A stretch of DNA of 64,000 bases from Lytechinus pictus (taxonomy: Eukaryota): assembly GCF_037042905.1 (NCBI RefSeq), contig NC_087252.1:17176001-17240000 (forward strand), written 5' to 3'. A program made the position numbers and the translations under genes. The notes under the pieces were generated by a model, which worked only from the letters and a program-made list of their open reading frames with translations, made no database searches and was not told the origin of the DNA. Shown in pieces: positions 1 through 13,100 of the stretch (its first letter is position 1; every line of letters begins with the position of its first letter).

Positions 1-169
1 TGCATTCTTTCATTTTATGTAATATCATTTGTTTCAATTTCCAACGATTGCAATGTAATGTTTGATTTCGTATATCGTGGTTTAATTAAAGCAATAAATT
101 TCTACGTATAAATAATATATAATAAGGTTTATCATGCAATCAAGTTGGGAATGGAGGAGGCTTCTGTTT

Positions 170-615
170 ATTGAAATAAATAGAGAAATATCTAACTAGC
201 ATAACACTGAAAATTTCATCAAAGTCGGATGTAAAAAAAAAAGGTATGACAATTTAATGTTTCGCTTATTTTTCACAAAACAATGATATGCACAACTCAG
301 TGACATGCAAATGAGACAGTCGATGATGTCCCTCACTCACTATTTATTTTGTTTTTTATTGTTTGAATTAAACATTATTATATTTCATATTTCATATAAT
401 AAAATACAAAAGAAATCGTAGGTGACGTCATCAGTTTCCTCATTTGCATACCGACCAGGATGTGCATTTATTTTGTGAAATTATGCGAAACTTCAAAATG
501 TCGTATAACTTTCTTATTTTACATCCGATTTTGATGAAATTTTCAGTGTTTTGCTTGTTGGTGTTTTCTCTTTTTATTCAAAGCAACTTTTTATTTGGAT
601 GGACTTGTCCTTTAA
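170..615. mobile_element. Palindromic non-autonomous DNA element (Kolobok-like MITE), left end eroded
   Basis: Inverted arms (CTGAAAATTTCATCAAAGTCGGATGTAAAA / TTTTACATCCGATTTTGATGAAATTTTCAG); ends GGACTTGTCCT-TTAA; related fragments at ~33613-33700 and ~38250-38370. Confidence 0.65.
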
Positions 616-1132
616 AGGAAAGCACAAGTCCATGATGCAGTAGGCCTAGGTTTTCAAATTTTACAGGGTGCGTCCAAACATTTCCCCCATCCGTGCGTAC
701 TTTGGGTCACAAAATGAGATATTTTCGTTCACTATCACAACACTAGTTTAACTTTTACTTTTAAATTAAGTTGAAAACAAAGATGTTGCTTAGATATATT
801 CGCCGACACATTGGGATTAATCTTTGTGAAGAACTCATGTACTGACGCCAAATGAAAAAAAGAAAAAGATAAATAGGCAGAGTAGTTCTTTCTTCTGCTT
901 TTTTCTCATTTATTAATGGTCAAGTCCACCGAAGAAAAATGTTGATCGGAATCGAAAGAGAAATATGAGATAAGTATAGGCCTGCATATATTTGCTTCCC
1001 TCCCACCATGGACCTACTTATGACGAGGGAGACCTATTATTCTATTGCCTTCTGACGTTAATGTTTCTAAAATTTAGCCAGTTAACACTTTTCTCAATGT
1101 CTTTTCTTCGTTTTTTCTTCTTCTTTTTGCAG

Positions 1133-1180
1133 TTGTTACTGGGCAACCTCCCCTGCAAAATTCAACATCGGTCATCATTG
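1133..1180 (+). CDS. sFRP-1-like exon: probable end of signal peptide / mature N-terminus ([17 protein letters not shown])
   Basis: Long pyrimidine tract then AG at 1131-1132; donor GTGAGC at 1181; 48 nt, phase 1-1, in frame with the next exon. Confidence 0.65.
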
Positions 1181-4100
1181 GTGAGCACTAATCGTTATTT
1201 CATCCTGATTCTTAAATCAGTAGACATTGCATCAGTCTAATTAATTTATATTAAAGTATTATTTTAGACAAAAACACAAAAAACATGCTATATTTCGACT
1301 CAATCTAAAAAGAATTCTGGGGTCGCAAGCAATTTGACTCTTGTCAATTTAACTTAATTGGTTTCAAAATTTGGATTTAGTTTCGACCCAGTCCAAGACC
1401 GAACGCCCTTATCGAGTCGTTTGTCTTTCCCCCATTTTTATGCACCCGTGGCACATGCTGATTAGTTTTTGCATCAATGTTCTACTTAAATAATTTTATA
1501 TTAATTTACGTACATATTTAAGTAATGTTATGGCGAATACATCGAAGGAATATGACTCGCCCACCCCCCCCAAAAAAAGCTAATTATTACAACATAAAAA
1601 AAAAGAGACAGATTATAGACGTGGTCTTAAACACGGTGGAGCTACAGGCAGGTCAGGCGTCTAACGACAGAACGTTATGGAATAGTGATAATAGTAGCAG
1701 TATAAAGGTGAATGATTAGCACATTTCATATCTTTTTATATCATTTTCTTCACTTCTGTTTAAGCATGCATTCAATTCATATTTTTGAAAATGTTTAATT
1801 CCTTTATTTTAGGGGAAAAATCTGAGTTTAAATGAATTTTGTTTGTTTTGAGATTACCTATTCGGTACTGTAATAAACCAATGAAATATAATTCTAATGT
1901 AAATTCACCTTATGACGTCATAATGTCTTCTTGATCTAGGCGGTCAGAGTGCGTGTGAACCGCTCACCCTGCCGATGTGCGTCTCGAATGGTGTCCAGTA
2001 CACACAAACGATCTTTCCAAATATGCTCTGGATGATGACACAAGAAGAAGCTACAACCGCAGCTGAGGTGAGCATCTGGAAATAACGAGCCTACAGAGTA
2101 CCGCAGCGATGACGCCAGTTGCCATGGTGTCATGGCGGCCTGCTTCTAAACAAACGAACCCGCCGAACGAAAGCGTGTGTTTTTCACAGGAGAAAATGGC
2201 TGCTATCGGAATTTGATCGCTTGCAACCTTTTTTCAGACTAGCCAAAGTCATTTGCAAATCGTGTACAGACGATCGTCATGACACCATGGCAACTGACGT
2301 CACACTTAGGTATCATAGGTATCCTATGTGGTAGTTTTTGTATTTTCTACGGGGAAACTTTCTACAACGCATCGATTCCTTTGGAAATGCAATTCAGATC
2401 ACAATGGAGAGCTGAGAGGCTTTTGTTAAAAGTTGATGGACTGGGACAGCAGATCATCCGAAGATTTGCACCAGACGAACAATCGCAAACGTGTCGTAAT
2501 ATGTCCAAAGTCACAAAGATTCCGATGCTGTCGCGGTCCCCCCAACTTTCGACAAAAGCCTTTCAGCTCTCCATTGTGATTTGACTTACATTTCCAAAGG
2601 AATTGGTGCGTTGTAGAGAGTTTCCTCGTAGTAAATGCGAAAAGTCCGGAATATCAAAGGAGAACGAAACTCTCTGAACAAGTGTGAAAACAGAAAAATA
2701 TGAACTTATGAATATAATGTGACTATATGAATGTTGAGATTTACTAATTCGACCAACATGTGTGATATCAGGCTTGTACAAACTCTCCAATTGCTTTAAA
2801 ACACTATTTAAAGGGGTACTCCGAGCTGAAAATAATGATATCTAAATAAATAGATTACAATTCACCAAGCAAAATACTGAAAAAGTCATGAAAATCTTAT
2901 AACAATATTATTGCATTTTAAATTTTAGCAACCTTTGTGAAAACAGTAATATGCACATCGTCATGAATATTCATTAGGTGGGTCATGGAGCTTGGATGGG
3001 TTGAGGATGCCACATCTCCACTTTCCCTTTTCTGATGTTATTACATAAAACATTAATTATTTCATATTTTCATACATGTGTGAATGATAGGTCTCCCTTA
3101 AAATGAAATAAATTGCAATAAATATCTAATGTATCAAATCAGTTGTAAATCCAATCTCATAAGTTTTTGAAGGACAAAACCCGAAGAAACATAATTTCAT
3201 GTATTAAAATAGTAAGGAACAAGTGGGGATATTACATCATCAGTTTGCTCATTGAAAGTACATGGAGGCATGCATAGAACTATTTTACCGAAATAATGCA
3301 AATCTTTAAATTGTCGTAACCTTCTTATTCCTTGTCCGCTTTTGATCAAAAATTCAGTGCTTGTCTGATTTTTCTTAATCTGTACAAAAAATATTTTCAG
3401 CCTGGAGTACCCCTTTGAATTAGTACAACGGGATAGTTTTGGTCGCATTGCCAATTGGAGGATCTCGGTAATATCAGTGATTTCGACATTCGAATACTCA
3501 TATTTTTTCGGTTTATCCAATCGCTCTCGACATTTCATTGGTCGTATTCTTTGATTTCTTTGTTGTTTTAATACAAAGTAACTTGCCCCAAGGGTTTCCC
3601 TCTCCTTCAAACGGATACTACCGTTTTAAAATAGTTTGTTTTATATAATAAAGTATAAGTATAAAATCACTGAAAATGTCATCAAATATGATTCCGATTA
3701 TGAAATGATCAAGTATGGCAATATTTTGTGCATCGGTTATGTGAATGCCGTCATGAATTTGTAATTATAATATGTAAAATTAATGGGCGCCGATTATAGG
3801 CTTTATCTAGTTCCCCCAATTAATAATGCCCCAATGGGTCGGCTGATGATATCCTTTTTTTAATTGAATGAAATCAATTATTTCCCAGATCAGTATGGTA
3901 TATGTCCGTTATAACAAAATAAGTTGCAGCAGATTACGCATTAAATCCAGAGTCAATAAATTGTTTTCTATTCTTGGAGAAAATCAGATAAACATAATTT
4001 CTTATAACAGAAGCCCCCCCCCCCCTGAAAAACCAACGTAATGCATAAATGTTATAATTTGTTATTCATTGCCTATTGTTAATGAAACTTTTGGTACGTT

Positions 4101-7100
4101 TTGTTACTCGGATTTTACATTCTATCAAATCACATCATTTTCAGCCCGGGGTATCTTTGTAACTTCTGTAAATCCCCCATATACGTTTATTACTATTCTC
4201 AAGTCGTACTCCCTAAAACAATTATGATATGGAGGATATGATATGAATATTTTTTTACAGGATAGATGTTGCGATTTTACATGAAACATTTACTTTGTAA
4301 GGGTGTATAATCGATTGTAAAAAAAGAAAATAACTATTTCATAGAACGTAATGGGTTTAACAAAAGAAATAGTTTTTGTCAGAAGCTTTCTGGTATATTA
4401 TTATTTATTTATTCATTTATTTATTTTTATCTTATTTTGACTGTAACATATTTATTTTAAAACATGATCAACCGAGGCTGGATATTGTATCACTAACTAA
4501 TGAGCCTTTTTATGTAAAACATCGGGGGGGGGGGGGAGAGGGGGCTGTAGATTTCTAAGACATGTACGAGTAATCATTTTATCAAATAGAATCTTTGGTT
4601 GAGTAAAAAAAGATTCAACGACTACACATCTTTGGCATGTTAGTCGATGTATTCTTGCATAAGTCACATTATTGACCATTTAACCATTTTAGCCGTGCTT
4701 TAAGAAATTTGACCTGAAAGCACGTCTGAAGCTATGGCAAAGGGCTCAAATGTCATAACATGAAATCGAAGAATAATTTATAAATATTTTCCACCATGAA
4801 TTAGTCCCATTAGAATCTAGGGGTTGTGGTCCCTTAGCAGATTTTTATGTATGGCAATTGCTCCTCTGTGCGTTGAAATTGTCGATGTCTCCGTACCAAA
4901 TTAAAACATCTTTATATTTTTTTGTTTTTACAGAGTCTAGCCCCATTAGTAGCTATGGGTTGTGGTCCCATAGCAGACTTTGTGTGTATGTTATTCGCCC
5001 CTCCGTGTGTTGAGATTGGCGGTGTCTCCGTACTAGTTCCTCCATGCAGAAGCGTCTGTGAAGAATCAAGAGACGCCTGCAGGCCAATCTTCCAAGCTGT
5101 AGATCAGGAATGGCCAGAACAGTTTGAATGCTCGAGGTTTCCTGTCGTAGCACCACCAGGGGAGCCAGCTAGATGTGCTGAATCTACAATGAGTTAGTAT
5201 ACTATCAAGTATTTTTATTTTATCAGGGCCGGTAGTCTAACCTTCCGCCTAGGTCGAAATGGCTTACACAAATTCGAGATAGGATATTAATGAAAATGCA
5301 TCTTTTATTTAATCACTTTTTCAAAGAGGAAGTGTTAACTTCTATTTTGAAAATTAGACTAGACCCATTCTGGAAAAAGAGGCCTATATAAACTTTAAGA
5401 AGCATTTTGGGGTAAAAGTTGGAAACCAGACTATTTCACACAATTCAAATATGCTGAATCTGATAAGATCGGTTCCCAAGCTAATTTCTCATGTTTTGAC
5501 CACCTAATTTGCATAAACAAAATGGCTGCCAAATTGACAATTCAGAATATTATTTTGACAATGTTCTTTAATTATATTCGCTTTCACAGACATGAGTACT
5601 GCAAAATCCTGCATACATACGTGTACCTTTCTGGAAAACTTTATATTTTTGTTTGCGGCTAATTAATTATGCAAATTTATGCATATTTTGGATCATTATG
5701 CTATAATTTGAAAATTTCAGCTCAAATGTTTATATTTTTGGTACAAATAGCATTTACATCATTATAAATAATTGTACGGCCCTTAGAATATAATATCACA
5801 GTGAATAATAATGTATTTTATTGTTTTTTTGAATTTCTTATGTATTTCTTTGTATTTTGTAACTTTTGTTTTGTACATGTTTTGTTATGGGATCTGTAAA
5901 ATTATTGATTATCAATGGCAGAAAATAATTAGCTTCAATGATTTAGTTATGTAATCACTTTTTTATTTGCATATATCCATGGGCATAAACAGATGCACCC
6001 ACATCTGCATACAAAGGTAAACTCCTGCACGGAGGGCCTTCCCATTTAAAAACACACTGGTGGAGATCCAACGAATTTCATGAACCTATCTGTATTCAAG
6101 CGAATGTCATTATTAATTGCTTATATTTTTATTATAAAATGGTATCTTGAATTATGATATCAATCAATTCATTCATATTTACAATTTTAGATGATGAATT
6201 ATTACATTTGAATCATAACAGTACTGTAATTCTCAACCTAATAGTCAATCAGTTGCATTTAATATCCTTTGGAGTAGTTATGTTCCCGACCAACAGAATC
6301 TGATCACACATACATGTATATACATTTAGTGTGTTTTTCTTCAGCAAAATGAAGTGAAAACCGTCTGCTGAAAATGAGATGTCCTGTGTTTTTCTCCATT
6401 ACGCTCCTCAAATTGTCCCAATATTGAACAAAAATTCTCAGAACTGAACCCACATATAATCCATCTAATTTCTCATTTTACCTATCAATTAGACCGTTTT
6501 CCGTGTTTTAAAAGCCAGACTGTGATGTTCTAAAGTTCCACAACGAATAAGTCACTGCATATCCTTTTAATAACAATTTTTTTATCATTGGACTTCATTA
6601 ACGGATAACATGTGCATCTCCATAATATATCTTTTCCAATGCAGTACTGCACCTGTCCTATCAAGGATTGCCGCTTCATCCAACTTCCCCCAGCTTGATA
6701 TACACCTTTACCTTCGGGGTGTTGAATGATCAATGTCAGTTATCATCGATTTGGTGTTCCATTGGATGGCTTGATTGATAGGGCAGCCTCATATTATAAA
6801 AGTCATCTCTAATTGTTGAAATCAAACCAATTTAGTACAAGTATTCTGCGAGGCAGTTCGTATCGAAGTCATCGTGTTTGTGTTCTTGAGATATGTCCGA
6901 TTCTCATGTCACAGATCCATAGAGAAAACCTAAACTTTTGTCTTGAGAGAGAATCTGCTGTCTATAACCAGATCTTGTTTCAGGTGTTAAAATGCTCGGA
7001 GTGCACCTTTTCAATACCGCGGGAATTGTGTAATGTCTTCTAGGCCATTTATCGAACTTCTAATATTCACACATCTTCATATCTTCATAAGATAGACTAT

Positions 7101-10100
7101 TTCAAATTGATAACAAAGATATCTTTCAGAGGATGGTGGGTTCCTGGCATGTTTGGCGTTCCTGTAGGTGATTATTAATCCACTTCTTTTGATCGGTATT
7201 TAACCCAACAGCATCCAATAGCTTACCCAGCTCTGATAGGCTACATGCAAGTCTGAGGTATCACAATCAAAGTCTAGGTCGAGAATTTCTTCGATTGTAG
7301 AGCCAGGATTTCTCTTTCTATGAGGAAAGCAGTTGCCTAAGTTATGTTTAACTTGTCAACCGGTTTTGATACCAGTGAACATGTCATTCTTCTTGGGAGA
7401 CTGACAGTCTGTGGAATTGATGATTCTGCACTCCAATGACAGGTTTCCTCTTACCTTGCCAAAAGAGCTGTATGAAGCTGTATTCATCACTGGCATGCAG
7501 TCTCCTGTGACTACCCTTTGATATGGAGTTCCTTGGGAGTCTGTCCTTGTCCCTTGTTCTTCAAACTGTACATCACTCCTCTTGGCTCTGTATTGTGGCA
7601 ACATGGTCTTGGTATACACTTCTATGCTGATGACATCCAGCTGTATACCTCACTTTTGATCAAATAGGTAAATATACAGAGGTTCGTGCAGCTGCTGTTG
7701 TTGGTGCTGCCATTGAGGATTGGATGTTGGATGAAGGTCAACTTCCTGGAGCTTAATAAAAAGCGAAGTATCTTGTTCTGTCATCTCCATATATGCGTAA
7801 TTATTATGACTACAACTCCAGTCTTAATAGGTGAGGAAGCTATACATGTATATCTCCAGTATGCAAGGTTAGATCTCTTGGCGTAGTCTTTGATATTAAG
7901 AATGAGCATAAAGAAACACACATCACATGTCTGCCAATCTGCACATTACCTGCTCCACAGAATTGCTGAGATCAGACATTGTCCTACATGAGGTGGTGTA
8001 GAAAATATCATCCATGACCGGATAACCTCTAGACTGGACTTCTGCAACTGTCTCCATGCTGGTTTACCTTCAACAGGCATCTCTAGCACTTTTTAACCAT
8101 AGGACACACTGTGAAAATTTGTTCTGCATTGGGCAGTGACTGGGCTGGAAACCTTGTTTTGCCCATGTTTTAACCATGGAGCTTATCTGTGTTTAGCCCC
8201 ATGTTTTTATCATTTCCTCTTCTCTATTCAGTATCGTTCGTCAAAGAATCTTCCAAGGCAAGGATTGGATAAAAGCTGTGGTTTTCAGTTATCACTTTGA
8301 TGGTTGACTTGGGGAAAATGTATCGTTGCCAAATAAATAAATAAATCGGTAATGACCAAAAAACTAGTAAGTGATCCAGTAATACAGACCCTTTGCATTT
8401 ATTACAAAAAAAAATTGTTCTTTGGTTAACTGGCATGATTGCAGTTCTGATGGAGCTGAATCAAAGATATAATTTTGCTACAAGGAACAATGTACTGATA
8501 CTTATATCCGATTGATAAACTACACTGCGTAAATCATACGTTTAATTTATTATTTTAATATATCTATTTCAAGAAATTTAAGTTCAGCATGATTACAGGT
8601 TTTCCAACTTCTATACTCTTCTTTTCTTACGGGTTCATTGAATTTGGTAATTTTCATGATTATAGGATCAGCATCAATGTTTTATAATGGGCATGTCTAC
8701 TATACCTTGCAAGTATATTACTTTCTATATACAGGTGTGGGTGTGGGAGCATGTGTGTGTATTTGTTCCTGAGTACAATTAACAGTTGTGGCAAAAGAAG
8801 TTTATCAAATGATTCAATCATTGAAGCTTAATATTTGTCTGCCATTGATATTGGTTTTTTAAAGATCTCATATCAAACATATACAAAGCAAATGGCAGAA
8901 AATACAAGAACACAAAAGAAATAACAAAGAACAATAAAATACATATAAAAATTGACTTGAGTATTATATTTAAGGGCCAAACAATTATAATGATACAAAT
9001 GCTATTTGTACCCAAAATAATAAACATTTTAGATGTAATTATCAAATTATAGCATAATATTGCAAAATATGCATAAATTTGCATAATTAATTAGCCGCAA
9101 ACAGAAATAACAAATTTTCCCAAATGGTACATGTTAAGTATGCAGGATTTTGCAGTATCCATATCGGTGAAAGCGAATATTATAAAAGAATATTGTAGAA
9201 ATAAGATTATAAATTGTCAATTCGGCAGCCATTTTGTTTATGCAAATTAGGTGGTCAAAACATGAAAAATTGGCTTGGGAACCGGTCTTATCAGATTCAG
9301 CACATTCAAATTAGGTGAAATAGACCGGTTCCCAACTTTTACCCCAAAATGCTCCTTGAACTCAAGTTCTCCCCATATTGGTCTTGTCTAAATAAGTAGT
9401 GTCTCATTTAAAATAATCTAAGGGTAAAAGGGAAAATGTTTAATAAATGAATCTGTAGTGTAAATTGTACAATTGTTATAAAATTAGCATTTAAACGCCA
9501 AAATTGAATTGTTGGAATTTAATGATCATAGCTTATTTCATTGTATTGTTTGTAAAATGATGAAATGTTATATCAGGAGCAGAAAAACAGGGGGTATGGT
9601 TTTGAAGCAGTAAAATAAAGAAGGGATAAGAGGAGGAAAAAGAGGAAAAGATAAAGACTAACATCAAAATGAGGGGTTTGGTTGTGCAACTCTATATTGC
9701 CCCTTATATGAAGAGTTTAGTTGCAAAAGGGGTTAGGTCCACTTTAGACCATTCCGAGAAAAACCATGATTTTTATTCTCACTTATTGCAATATTCTCAA
9801 GAGAAACTAAATTGTCATGATGTACTACCCTATCATGTGAACATGAAATTGGGTATAAAAGAAATCTACCTGTCTTCAGTGTTTTCTATATCTTAAAAAA
9901 ATATATATTATTGTGGACCTAACCCCTTTTGCAAGCAATCTGAAATGAATCCAGTCTGTTTTGATTAAAAAGGTGATTTTTCTTTGCCACTTTCATTCAC
10001 GTTTTCATTTTAATTTCAAATTTTCTTTGGTATCATCAGAGTGACTAAAAATTTAGAGGTTTAGAGACAGAAAACAATGAAACTTATGAAAAATGGACCT

Positions 10101-13100
10101 AACCCTTTTTGACAAATGAGGTATTCAGAAGAGTTTGGTTGCAAAAGGGGTTAGGTCCACTCCAAGAAAATCATTTTTTTTCAATTCTCCCATATTGCAA
10201 TATTCTTATGCGAAACTGAATGTTCATGAATCCCTACCATGAGATTATAAAATTGGGTATAAAAGAAATCTACCTTTCTTCATTTTTTTAAAGATATTAT
10301 TTTCCAAAACAAAATTGTGGGAACACCTAACCCCTTTTGCAACTAAACTGAAATGGACCTAACCCCTTTTGAAAAAATAAGTGATTTTTCTTTACCATTT
10401 TAGTTCACTTTTTGATAGGAATGTCAACTTTTCTTTGGTATCATCTTATAGAGCTACTAAAAATCTATACATTGAGACATAACAATCAAATTTGATGAAA
10501 AATGGACCTAACCCCTTTTGCAAGTGAGCTCTTCATATATTGAACATTTGGAAGCAACTATGTCACCTTTTGGCCATCTGACCCACTACTTTATTCAAAA
10601 TGCATGTACCATCCCTGCATAATAATATCTGAAATGCATTTAAGATTGATTATTACCCATATCAGACATCATAATGCCATATAATTAATGAATATCGTGA
10701 AGAGATACATGTAGGTAAAGTAATCATGTTTTACTCCGTCTTTCTGTGCATATTGACTTTGCATCCGAAGACGATGCAAAATGTACCTTTTTATTTCCCC
10801 CAGTCTCAATATGTATCCGCGCATCAACAATACATATCATAATCATACTTCTAAGACAATGCCATATACTACTACCTGAGACTGACTACCTCCCTTAGCC
10901 TAGGCAAGCGACACGACAATTTAATTCTGCACAATGGTAAGGCCCAGGCTGCTAAATATGATAAAATAAGAATACTGTTACTAAGGAATAAATTATCTTA
11001 ATTTTCATGATTTTTGTTATAGATATCTGATTTGGACTATAATAAAAATACTGACTGGCTGTCTTTTGGGGAATATCAAATATATTGCTTTTAGAAGAAC
11101 AATATTGCCCTCATCTAAAATATGATTCTGTTTGGGGCAATATATTTGATGTTTCCTTCAAAGCCAGTCAATATTATATAAGTATACTATGATTGCAGGG
11201 GTACTTGATGCTGCAAATGAGATTGAGGAAACGGAGGTACCTCAAGAACCACCTACATGTCATGACGTCACAGTCCCAGAATGCTACCAGCTTGGTTTCA
11301 CCCATACATCATTTCCTAACATCTTTGGGCATACCACACCAGGTAACTGTTACATGCAATATATTATCAATTCCGGTCTACAACCATAAGTCAGTGATAA
11401 ACCCCGGGTAGAAAGGTTACAAATGATTGTATCCACATAATTGTGTGACAAACACCAAGGCTCTTTAGCACACCAGATGCAATCAATTTTGAAATTAAGT
11501 GTAACTGTAAGTCTATGGCAAAAAAATGCAAGAAATTTTTTTTTTTTTAATCCTTAACAGAAACTGTCAAAGATTGCATTCCCCAGGAGCTCCGTTCTTG
11601 TGTCATATACCAATTTGAAGGTGCAAGATGTAATGCACACTATATTGGTAGAATCAAACGTCCCTCTAAGTCACGAGAACATGAGCCCCTGGGAAGAATA
11701 AAAACTCCCATATCGTCACTCACATCCAACATTCATTGTTCGAAATTCTTGATACTGCCAAAACAGGCTTTCAACAAAAAATCAAAGAAGGGCTCTTCAT
11801 CAAATGGAGAAAGCTCCAACTCAACGAACAGTTAATAATGAGTACTATTTAATCAACCCCATCCCTCCTCGCCTCCTGACCTATCACTGACATAGTGTTT
11901 ACTTTCACTTTATTGCATGCCATGACACAATCATTTATAGATATTATGCCTTTAGTTTTGGTAGATCTTCAAAAAGTGCATATCACTGTTCCAATTCATT
12001 ATTAGATTATATTCATGTGTGTGCCCTAAAGTGGTCGTGAATTTAAGATTTTGCATTGGAATAAAACAGATTTTGTTGTTGTTAATATAACATTTATTAT
12101 CAGCATTGGATGGGCTAAACAATTCAGAATATGATCATTGTCTGAAGCTAAATTACTAGATTTGTAAAGTAATTACTCAACTGGCAACCTTAAGATAAAT
12201 GAAAAAATATATATATCAAGAAAGGGTGCTAGATGCCTGAATAATCTAAAGGCTGAAGATTTCAAATTTGAATTTGATCAGCTCAAAAGAAAAAAAACCA
12301 ACACACAGACCGTTTCACTTTTGTAATATTTGAATGTTAGATTATACTATTAACCATTCAGCAGACAAGCTTTGAGTGTATCAATTAATGTTACACCCCT
12401 CAGAACAGATGATGCAGGATATGACGTCACTAACCCAGCTGATCATCTCTGGCTGCTCAGAAGACCTTCTGCCGCTGATCTGTGGGGCATACCTACCAAA
12501 GTGTGATCCAGTCACTGGAGAGAACATTACACCGTGTAAAGAGACGTGTAGGAGAATCTCCAAGGAATGCAAGGATGCCATGAAAGAATTGTCAATCGGA
12601 CGAGTAGATCTCTTCTCGTGTAGATATTACCAATCTAAGAAACAGGATGGTGTTTGTGTGGAGGGTGAGTAGAAAGATGCTAGACAGTTTTTCAAATCAT
12701 CAAGTTATCTTCCATGCAACATTGCACAATCGTGTTCAAAATATGAACAAAGAGGCCTACTGTAAAAGTAGTGTAATAATAACAATAGCGTTAGTATAAT
12801 AACAATAAGAAGAAGAAGGTGGATACCCCGTGAGGCATGCAAGATAAGATCTGTTACCAAAGTTTGTCAACTTTTTTTTGTATTTTTTTGTTGCTTTTTG
12901 TAATATTGGCTACTTAAAATAAACATCTTAAATAGCTGGCAATGAAGCTATCAAATGTTTCTCTTGTAATCCTTTATTTCCCACAATTGAAACTTGTAAT
13001 GTATTTTTATTTTAAAGAAAAAATGCAAAAGGAAGCATTCAAGCTTTTAATGCTCCACAATGAATGTGTAAAGTGCAAGGGGTCAGACCATATTCCTATG

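Noticed and set aside
1619..1651. Possible phase 1-1 micro-exon ([11 protein letters not shown])
   Set aside because: No pyrimidine tract, weak donor, and not needed for frame.
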